A DNA stretch of 63,724 bases, the filler included, from Octopus bimaculoides (lineage: Eukaryota), in assembly GCF_001194135.2 (NCBI RefSeq). It is 6 parts of 6 records of this genome, joined end to end, with 100 filler letters (N's around TTAATTAATTAA, not from the genome) between each part and the next. Parts side by side here need not be neighbours in the genome. Positions count along the whole stretch, not along the records: positions 43,320 to 56,658 come from NC_068981.1; positions 56,759 to 63,724 come from NC_068996.1; 4 more parts are not named here. One strand, given 5' to 3'. A program made the translations under genes and the position numbers. Numbering within the stretch: the first letter of the stretch is position 1; each line of letters starts with the position of its first letter. Shown piece by piece: positions 54,223-63,724 of the stretch. The notes beneath the pieces were generated by a model that was not told the origin of the DNA, searched no databases, and saw only the letters and a program-made list of their open reading frames with translations.

Positions 54223-55489
54223 AACATACACAAACACATGATAATTAGGCAACTAGTAAGCATGAAAAAGGGAGATTGAAACTGCTTTGTATAGTTTTCC
54301 TCTTACATTTAACTTTTTTTTTTTTTGTAGGAAAATATCGATAGGTTTCACATTTCTCTTTATTTTATTGTTGTGCGATGTATCTAAATCTATATTGTAG
54401 ATTGTATAAAAGCAACTTTTCATGTGATTTGAAATAATGTAAATAAATAATTGGATAATCCCCACTCCCACCTCCACTTCCAACGCAAAGTTTATAAATG
54501 AAGCAGGTCTCTTCATGTCTTTTACAAACATCGAACAAATAAAAGCATCATCTGTGACAAATCTTTGTCAGTAGCTTTAGTCGATTAATGCTGACGATGA
54601 TGGTAATTTATTTAACAGAATGAGGATGGGGGAAAAAAATTGTATTCTGTAATTATAACTGATGAAAGCTTAAGAGGTTACATATATTTCTTCGCACGAA
54701 ATCTTTATTCAAATTTTGATGATCACCTAAACGAAAACATGACTCCTACTAGGTCGGTACAATAGTAGTCACTTATCGAGCTGCAAGAAAACCAGTACGA
54801 GATCGGAAGCGAGTGAACGCAAGTTCTTCGGTACTATGCACAGACTTGATGCTGGATCTGAGACGAATGTGAAAAACAGCAGCTCCGAGAAATATTGATA
54901 TAAGATACTGTTCCAATACATATCACTGTACAAAAAATGCTGTAATTGTTTCCTTAGCTGCATATAATTATAGATTTCAGATGTTTCACTTTACACCGCT
55001 AATGTTTTTAGGAAAAGGCGTGTTCACGCTCCCAAACCCCCTTCTTCCCATTCCCTATCTTTGAAACAAGTAAAGCTGATGATGATAAGCCATTGTCAAA
55101 TTTATTGGATCAAAAAGGATCAAAGAACTGACACTTCATCGTAGTTTTTGCCAGGGATAAATAAATTATTTGATACAATACGCTGTCATTCATTCATTAC
55201 CAAGTCGTGGGATACATAAATCAAACGCAAAACATGTGACAGCCACACCTTTTCCCTTGGTGTTAGCGTAGCAAATAGAGCAACATAGTTACAATTAGTA
55301 AACCTCATTAGCTACATCAAAAAATTGATGGAGTTTTACATGGATCTGTTCTTGGTTCTCTGTTGCATATATTAATGAAATAGATGCCAAATATATTAAA
55401 ATACTACATTTCTTAAATTGTGAAAAAGTTCAAAGGTATTTTAACAGCATTCAGTAACACCTCCCTCAACTGCTCAATAGCTATCTATT

Positions 55490-56075
55490 TAAAGCTGTAT
55501 ATGGCTATGGTGCCTCTATATCTCTTACTTGGAACCCCTGTCATGTTCTAAATACTAAACTACAGGAAACTGTCCAGAAATGTGCAACTAGATGAATATC
55601 TCCATCAGTTACTATATCTGGTTCTCTGGGCATCAACACACTTAAGCTTCAGCATCTAGCAGCTGACTTGGTAGAAGGCCACAAGATTATCCATCATCTT
55701 TCAACAGTAACTTAGACCACTTTTTTAAAAAATCAATACCTCTACTACCCACAGATGCATTCATATCAAGGAGAGCCCACCCCCTTCAGCACAATAGCCA
55801 TTCCTTTTAGAAACACTTCATGCTCAGAATTGTCAACGCATGGAATAAACTACCTCTGTTGGTTGTTTGCTGTCAGGGCACTGTATCCTTCAAAAATTCC
55901 ATGCTTCCCCAAATTTGCCAATGCCACTCCTGTCTTTTTGCATTTTATGCTGTCTACTGTGCTTGTACTTTTTACAGTCATTGCAGTATTTCTTCACCAG
56001 TTTCTGTTTTGTCCCCTCTTTTACCCATTTCTTTTGCACCTGAGAACTGTGAACAATAAACTGATTATTATTATT
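55490..56075 (+). mobile_element. CR1/L2-type LINE 3' end
   Basis: TWNP..ETVQKCATR, GINTLKL..LAADLVE.HKIIHH, FRKHF.LRIVNAWNKLP; caataaa followed by (ATT)n tail. Confidence 0.75.
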
Positions 56076-57126
56076 AAGGTGGTGAGCTGGCAGAATGTTA
56101 GCATGCTGGGCTGGCAGAATCGTTAGCATGCTGGGAAAAATGCTTTGCGGTATTTCGTCCATCTTCACCTTCTGAGTTCAAATTCTGCCAAGGTTGACTT
56201 TGCCTTTCATCCTTTCGGGATGATGTAATCGACTTAATCCCTTCCACCAAATTTGAGGCTTTGTGCTTCCAGTAGAAAGGATGGTTGTTATTATTATTAT
56301 TATTACTATTAAGGTGGCAAGCTGGCAGAATGGTTAGCATGCCGAGCGAAATGCTTAGCAGTATTTAACCTGTCTGCATGTTCTGAGTTCAAATTCCACC
56401 GAGGTCGACTTTGCCTTTCATCCTTTTCATCATCATCATCATCATCGTTTAACGTCCGCTTTCCATGCTAGCATGGGTTGGACGATTTGACTGAGGACTG
56501 GTGAAACCGGATGGCAACACCAGGCTCCAGTCTGATTTGGCAGAGTTTCTACAGCTGGATGCCCTTCCTAACGCCAACCACTCAGAGAGTGTAGTGGGTG
56601 CTTTTACGTGTCACCCGCGCGAAAACGGCCACGCTCGAAATGGTGTCTTTTATGTGCCNNNNNNNNNNNNNNNNNNNNNNNNNNNNNNNNNNNNNNNNNN
56701 NNTTAATTAATTAANNNNNNNNNNNNNNNNNNNNNNNNNNNNNNNNNNNNNNNNNNNNCACCACCACCATTATCAACACCACCACCACTATTACCACCAC
56801 CACCACCACCAACAACAACAACAGCAACAACAACAACGACAGTAACAACGACTAAAGCCATAGCAACAGCAAAATAATGACGAGGACACAATATATGGGG
56901 CAAGCGATTCCATGGACAGGCAATCTTTTGCTGGATTGCGGTGAACGCAACAAAATATTCCTCATAACAACTGCCGGCCTACATATAAACATAAGATAAA
57001 CTTTTAATGCTGGCTCTGAATTCTACAGAAAATCTGTAGATAAACATAAAAATGAAAACAATGCACTGCTAACACAAAAAGTAAGACAGTATTGGCTAAC
57101 GAGCCTTTAATATAATTCGTAGTATA

Positions 57127-57545
57127 GGCGCAGGAGTGGTTGTGTGCTAAGTAGCTTGCTTACCAACCACATGGTTTCGAGTTCAGTCCCACTGCGTGGC
57201 ACCTTGGGCAAGTGTCTTCCACTATAGCCTCGGGCCGACCAAAGCCTTGTGAGTAGATTTGGTAGACGGAAACTGAAAGAAGCCCGTCGTATATATGTAT
57301 ATATTTGAGCGTGTTTATGTATGTGCATATGTTTGTGTGTCTGTGTTTGTCCTCCCAGCATCGCTTGACAACCGATGGCGGTGTGTTTACGTCCTCGTAA
57401 TTTAGCGGTTCGGCAAAAGAGACCGATAGAATAAGTACTAGGCTTACAAAGAATAAGTCCTGGGGTCGATTTGCTCGACTAAAGGCAGTGCTCCAGCATG
57501 GCCGCCGTCAAATGACTGAAGCAAGTAAAAGAGTAAAGAGTAAAG
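57127..57545 (+). mobile_element. SINE family B copy
   Basis: Full length; an inverted copy at 57905-58217 forms an inverted pair; other minus-strand pieces at ~10330-10640, 19240-19320 and 20555-20690. Confidence 0.9.
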
Positions 57546-57731
57546 AGAGAGAGAGAGAGAGTGTATTGTGATTGCAGAACCGAAATATTGTGTCCCTTCC
57601 GGCAGTTTATATGTATGCACCTTTTTCTAGAAATGCGTTTAATATGTAAATTGCTTCATCTAATAGTGTAATACCGTTAAACTTTGTGGTTGTTTAAACA
57701 ATGTATTCGCGGATAGTTAATGGGTTGAATG

Positions 57732-57779
57732 TGGTACTGAAGAAATAGCCAGGAGTGCTGAAATATGCATATACAGCCA
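57732..57779 (+). ncRNA. Degenerate minimal hammerhead motif
   Basis: tggta-CTGAAGA-aatAGC..GCT-GAAA-TATGCATA-T-A-cagcca; palindromic ATATGCATAT stem III, decayed stems I and II. Confidence 0.45.
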
Positions 57780-58119
57780 TTAGTTATTTTTCTATTTTCG
57801 ATTGCTTTGTTTATGTAGACGTATTCGGACAAGAAGCCGTAACTTTCGCTGCTGGCTCTATAGTCTACAGAAAATCTATGGATGAGCTTAAAAATGAACC
57901 CTATCTATCTATACTCTTTTACTCGTTTCAGTCATTTGACTGTTGCCATGCTGGAGCACTGCCTTTTATTCGAAGAAATCGACCCTTGGACTCATTCTTT
58001 GTAAGCGTGGTGCTTATTCTATCGGTCGCTTCTGCTAAGTTACGGGAATGTAAGCACACCAACATCGGTTGCCAAGTGATGGTGGGGTGGAGAAGCATAG
58101 GCACAAGGACATAAATATG

Positions 58120-58177
<58 letters not shown>

Positions 58178-58479
58178 CACAACGGGCTTCTTTCAGTTTC
58201 CGTCTACCAAATCCACTNNNNNNNNNNNNNNNNNNNNNNNNNNNNNNNNNNNNNNNNNNNNNNNNNNNNNNNNNNNNNNNNNNNNNNNNNNNNNNNNNNN
58301 NNNNNNNNNNNNNNNNNNNNNNNNNNNNNNNNNNNNNNNNNNNNNNNNNNNNNNNNNNNNNNNNNNNNNNNNNNNNNNNNNNNNNNNNNNNNNNNNNNNN
58401 NNNNNNNNNNNNNNNNNNNNNNNNNNNNNNNNNNNNNNNNNNNNNNNNNNNNNNTATATATATATATATATATATATAT

Positions 58480-60460
58480 TCCTCAGCATATCCAAAGCTA
58501 GATAAGGGACAACCTGGATACGCTCAATCACCTCCCTGAAACAATAAATAAATACACCTTACTAGTATACTTTGATGTAGTCAACCTTTATTCCAATATC
58601 CCTCACAGCCTAGGAATAGAGGCTGGCTAGAGAATTACACCAATGAACTTCCACACCACATCAAAAAAGAATTCGTAATAGAAGAGCTAAAAGAATTCGT
58701 AATATAAGGGCTTGGAGTATAACTTCATATTTAATGACAACATCTATCGATAGAATCGGGGACTGCCATGGGCACGCGAATGGTCCCCTCCTTTGCTAAT
58801 CTAGTCATGGAGTAACTAGAAATCAATCTCTATCGTAAGGTACTAGAAAAATACGGAAACCCATTCTCCCTGTACATAGAAAATAACTGAAAAAGATATC
58901 TAGATGATTCTTTGTTACGAAAGTATAGAGAGACTTAAAGAATTTCAAACCTTTCTGAATGGACTTGAATTAAACGTTCAATTTACGATAGAATATAGCC
59001 ACCAACAACATCCATTCCTCGACATCTTCATTAAGAAATCTAACAACAAAATAGAAACTGACATCTACTATAAGCCTACGGACTCCTAGCAATATCTTGC
59101 CACCTCCATTCAACTCTTGCCATCGCAGACACACGAAAATGAATTTCCCTTACAACTTATCAAAAAGGACTTATACTATAGTATCTGATAGAAACACCAG
59201 GGACACACGACTACACAAGCTAAATTGATATAGGCTTTCAACGTGCCCTACAACTCAGATACCCCAAACTAAAGAAGGATTTACAACCAAAAGCCCTACC
59301 ATACATATCCACGCACGACCCCCTAAACAATTAGGCCTTCAACACCATCCTCCATAACATCCCTTTACTAAAAAGGGACCATAGAATAGATCGAATCCTC
59401 CAAATACACACCATCATAAAAAGCGAAAGACAACCTTAGTCAATAAAAAGTCTTCTAACACAGGCTCAGATACACTCGTCAACAACATCGAATCCGACAG
59501 TAAAAAAAAATGCGGAAGACCTAACTGTGGTACATGTGTCAGCCTAATTGACGGATCGGAATTCTCTTTCAAACACGGTCAACGTTTTACAATGAAAAAC
59601 AACTTCACATGTGCTTCAGAAAACCCAATATATGTATTAACTTGCTCTGGATGTCAAGAACAACATATTGGTCAAACTAAAAACAGTTTACGTCAGAGGA
59701 TGACGGTACATAGATCCCAGATTAAAATACGAGAATACAGGAAAATAGGATTAATTGAGCACATCGATATTTGTGCCACTTGCGAACCCAACTTCAGAAT
59801 TTCCCCCTCTAAAAATTCAGGCACACCTCAACTTATAGTCGGCGCATTAGCGAAGTAGCATACTTTATCACAAAATATAAACCTCTTTTGAATTCCGCCA
59901 TCGCAGACGGAACTACATCAGGAATTTAGAACATTTCCAACCACTGCTATTATGACCACAGCAGGTATACTTTTAGGTCATCTGACCATTAAAGATTCCA
60001 CGAACAATTTGCTGTGGCACAGCACTCCTGTACTTTTCTTTTCTTTCTCCTTCTCCCCCTTCTTTCCCTACTCCTACTTCTCTTCCTCCTTCATTTCCTC
60101 CTCCTCCTCTTCCTCCATCATCTTCTTCTCTTCCTCCTCCTCCTCTCTCGGTTACCCCTTAAACGATCAACAGTCTGTACCCAAACTATTGCTTCAAATT
60201 TACTACTACCTAACTACCTACCAATCAGGCATTCACAAAGGAATAGAAAGAGAGACGGGCTGTCTGAAAACTATGGAAATACTTACCTATTTAAAGACTA
60301 TGAAAACATCTACAAAATATTTCACATTATTTTTTTCTCAAATGTAATTGTTTATCGTATTTTACTCTTAGTCGAAAAAGTCTAAAAAGACGGAAACCGG
60401 TACTAAAATGTACTTCATGATAAAATTATTTTAGTAATTTCTACCTTGTCTTATTGTCCT
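58480..60460 (+). mobile_element. Decayed Penelope-like element: RT, GIY-YIG endonuclease and 3' pLTR
   Basis: GTAMGTRMVPSFANL, RYLDD, PFLDIFIK..IETDIYYKPTDS, CGRPNCGTC, IYVLTCSGCQEQHIGQTKNSLRQRMTVH; several stops and frameshifts. Confidence 0.92.
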
Positions 60461-60467
60461 TATATAT

Positions 60468-60555
<88 letters not shown>

Positions 60556-60556
<1 letters not shown>

Positions 60557-60810
60557 AGGAAAAAGACAAGGTAGAAAATGTTAAAATAATTTTATCCCGA
60601 AATACATTTTTCAACGGTTAGTACCGGTTTCAGTCTTCTCAACTTTTCCGACTAAAAGTAAAAGAAAGGTGCATATTAATTAAGAAGAAAAAGAATTAAA
60701 TTGAAGAAAAAATTAAGTGAAATGTTTTGTAAATATTTCCATAGTCTTCAAATAGGTAGGGCATTTTCCTTTCTTCTGTCTGTCTCTCTCTTTTCCTTTG
60801 TGAAGGCTCG
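60556..60810 (-). repeat. Inverted copy of the Penelope pLTR across a (CA)n spacer
   Basis: Reverse complement aligns with 60236-60460 (cacaaagga...gaaaccggtactaa...ctaccttgtctt). Confidence 0.8.
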
Positions 60811-60844
60811 GTAAGTAATAACAGATATGCTTTTTCTTCTTAAT

Positions 60845-60970
60845 TCATATCCACCTTTGTTTTACTTTTAGTTGAAAAAAAAAATCGAAAAGGCTGGAAC
60901 CGGTACTAACCGTTACAAAATGTATTTCATGATAAAATTATTTTAGCATTTTCTACCTTGTCTTATATTC
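60845..60970 (+). repeat. Third, partial direct copy of the pLTR 3' part
   Basis: accggtactaaccgtt...gataaaattattttagcattttctaccttgtctta. Confidence 0.75.
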
Positions 60971-61247
60971 TTTATACATATCAACTCGTGTGCTAATTTT
61001 CAACCTTCTACACACATATATATATTGTATATATATATATATATTATTATATGTATTTATTTTCTCCTAGTTAATAATTAACTCGGATGAAATAAATTGG
61101 TTAATAGATACCAGGGTAGCAAAAATCACAAAATGACTGTGGTGTAACTCCTGTTTATGAGGTAAAAACTCCTTGTTATTTTGGGTACTTGAGTATATAT
61201 AAATTTAGTAAATGGAGTAAAACGCATATTCTAACTGAATACATTTA

Positions 61248-61335
61248 TTTCCAACATATGTTTCGAAGATTACAAATTATACCTTCCATAGGAATAAGTG
61301 ATGTTGATAAGAATGTAATCTTCTCTTCAGGGAAA
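61248..61335 (-). ncRNA. Type I hammerhead ribozyme with extended stem II, intact core
   Basis: TTTCC-CTGAAGA-GAAGATTACA(~39 nt)TGTAATCTTC-GAAA-CATATG-T-T-GGAAA: stem I TTTCC/GGAAA, palindromic stem III ACATATGT. Confidence 0.8.
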
Positions 61336-61387
61336 TGCATGGGAATGTTCGGTTAAAATGTCTTACGTTTAAGCTGGTTCCCATGCA

Positions 61388-61475
61388 TTTCCATGAAGAG
61401 AAGATTACATTCTTATCAACATCACTTATTCCTATGGAAAGTATAATTTGTAATCTTCGAAACATATGTTGGAAA
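61388..61475 (+). ncRNA. Mirror copy of the 61.3-kb hammerhead with a core mutation (ATGAAGA)
   Basis: Same fold, but the conserved C3 is A, so it is predicted to be impaired. Confidence 0.7.
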
Positions 61476-61518
61476 TAAAAGTATTCAGTTAGAATATGCG
61501 TTTTACTCCATTTACTAA

Positions 61519-61553
<35 letters not shown>

Positions 61554-61574
61554 GAAGTAGGTTTTGTGAAGCAT

Positions 61575-61970
61575 TGTGAGGTGTAATTTAAAGAATGTAG
61601 TTGTATAAAGCCGGAACAGTGCAAGTAATCTACAAATTGAAAAGAAAACACAATAATGTTGCAGTTTACCTTGTATTTCTTTATTTTGGAATGAAGACTC
61701 CTTCTTCAAATCATTCAGAAAGCGGTGACTGAGAAAAAGCGGTGGTTGGGAAAAAGCGGTGGTTGGAAAAAAGCGGTGGTGGAGCAACAAACTTTTTCCA
61801 ACCACTGCTTTTCCGAATGTCTTGACGAAGAAATTATCACTCCGAAATATATAAATACAAAGTAAAACTTTGTTCTGTTTTCTTTTCAATTTGTAGTTTA
61901 CATTGTACCTCTTGCATTGTTTCGGCTTTACACAACTACACTTTTTAAATATATGTATTTCACATCTCGA
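61575..61970. mobile_element. Foldback/MITE-like element with long imperfect TIRs
   Basis: tgtagttgtataaagccggaac...ctacaaattgaaaagaaaaca mirrored by tgttttcttttcaatttgtag...tttcggctttacacaactaca; central aaaaagcggtggttgg x3. Confidence 0.7.
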
Positions 61971-61979
61971 GGTTTCACT

Positions 61980-62620
61980 TCATCCAATGACAACAGCTAT
62001 TTTAGCCATGGCATCCATTATGTTGATCTTCTTTCGGAAGTATCGTACAGTAGGTTTATCCACCATATGAATTGCTTTCATAAACTGTTTGAAAGTTCTC
62101 AGAAATTTTGCTTTGATCCATTGGCCGAAGAGAAGATGTATGTATTCTTGGGAAAATATTCTACTTAGACATTATCAGAAAGTTCATCTAATTTCACTTA
62201 GCGGATTCGTGCATTCTCTTAAAGGAACACTGCTTTCTTGGAAATACTGCCTGGCACTGTACCTTCTTACAACAGAACACAATTCTAAACCACTCTTCAA
62301 AAGGGCTGTTAGCTTTGCATTTTATTTTTCTTCATTTGAATGTCATATCAGAATTAGATTAAACTTTTTGTAACCTTTTGAAGCCCTTGGATTTTCAGAG
62401 TGATACTCGACTCAGAGCTTTAGTTTCATATCACCGGCGGCCCTTCCTTGGCGATGAAGCGTCGGACGATATTTGAAAGCTGTAAATCCTAGTGTTGAAT
62501 TTTCTTCTCGAGAAGTAAGTTCTAGCAGACATGAGCTCCTGGAAAAATATACATTCATCACCGTTGTATATGCTTACAGTAGTGTGTGGTTCCTTCTAGC
62601 CATCATTTTTTAGTTTCCCA
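61980..62620 (-). mobile_element. Decayed pogo/Tigger-family DDE transposase
   Basis: LDELSDNV.VEYFPKNT, remnant QPMDQ, TFK...DKPTVRYFRKKINIMDAMAKIA. Confidence 0.65.
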
Positions 62621-63086
62621 GGAAAATTAATTTCTTTGATCTGAGCTAAAATGCAGAAAAATGGTCTTTAGATTAGAAGAAAGTGTAGTACTTAAATTCT
62701 TAAAATTTATCAGAATTTCTCTCAGAGCGAAAATACAGACGTATACGAAAATTAGTGGTTATATTTTACACTTTCTGTAAGTGCAATATTCCGTAAATTG
62801 AGGAGGCCGTAACGCAGGTAAGTCTCTATATACGAACAAGCGCGCATGCATGCACACGCACGCACACACACGCATACACACACAAACACACACATACGCA
62901 TACATACACATACATGCACACAAAGACACATACACAGGCACGAAGACACACACACACACACATACTTACAAACACACACACGCACACGTACATACACAGA
63001 TGCACACATACATACGCACATATCTACACGCACAAACAGATACACACAGGCACACTAAAAACACACAAACATGCACACAAACACAG

Positions 63087-63132
<46 letters not shown>

Positions 63133-63692
63133 GCAAATATGTATATACAAATGTATATGTATGCATGTGTGTGTGTGTGTGTGTTTGTGTGCGTGTATAT
63201 ATCCATCCATTTATATATTACACAAAGAATTTTTTGCGCGCGTGTTGAAATATATTTTCCTCTGAACGTACACGCTTAGTTAGTTACGTCTAGTGTACAT
63301 ACTCTATTCTTCGGCTTCTAATACAAAATTATCTTGTACAATTTTCTTAGCAATTATCATTTTTCATTCTTTAGGTTCCCTTCCTTAAATTATCTGTTCA
63401 ACTGCCGTGAAGGGCTTTTAGTTCATCCATTTAGAAAATACTAGAATTATTTAAAGAAACGAACAACTAAACGAAATTAACTTTGGCAATTTCATTTCAG
63501 AATTCATATCGTTATATACATATTTTTTATTTGTTGATAATATTTATAATTACGTTAACGCGGTCTTGTTTTTATATTTTCTTTTTCTTTCTAATTATCG
63601 GTCTTTCCATTTTCTTACCCTTCTCTTCTTTCGTTTCTTTTTTCCATATATATATACATATATGTCATACTATATTACATATATTTATACAT

Positions 63693-63724
<32 letters not shown>

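Larger units (their letters stand above)
61194..61528. repeat. Near-perfect palindrome (152-bp arms, 32-nt spacer)
   Basis: 61194-61345 vs 61378-61528; about three mismatches by eye. Confidence 0.95.

Noticed and set aside
54750-54963. CpG-rich short ORFs on both strands
   Set aside because: No family recognised and splice sites are weak; left unresolved.
56485-56515. CTGAGGA-ctggt-GAAA-CCGG hammerhead-like string in family D copies
   Set aside because: No room for stem II, no U-H site and no stem I; it is antisense to the SINE.
319-63279. Many ORFs rich in HT, CV, YI or homopolymeric runs
   Set aside because: They are translations of (CA)n, (TA)n, (CAT)n and (TAG)n microsatellites, not proteins.

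Overview
AT-rich, microsatellite-saturated animal genomic DNA. The SINE families and repeat style suggest an octopus (inference). Five 100-bp placeholders (44 N + TTAATTAATTAA + 44 N) split the window into six segments whose true adjacency is unproven. Host genes supported by the sequence, all on the minus strand: four consecutive, phase-compatible internal exons of RALGAPB (33.9-38.8 kb) and two exons of SPCS1 (40.3-41.7 kb). The rest is mostly transposon-derived: at least five SINE-like families; decayed Tc1, mariner, pogo/Tigger and piggyBac transposases; a CR1-like LINE end; two Penelope-like retroelements; a solo LTR with a 4-bp TSD; a Helentron-type non-autonomous element; MITEs and minisatellites. 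The most notable signal is a set of unrelated minimal type I hammerhead ribozyme motifs, each with a different palindromic stem III. One lies in an inverted-repeat element directly downstream of a tRNA-like Pol III cassette (27.26-27.65 kb), and one lies in a near-perfect 150-bp-arm palindrome (61.2-61.5 kb). All homology calls come from manual translation and recalled family motifs; no searches were run.
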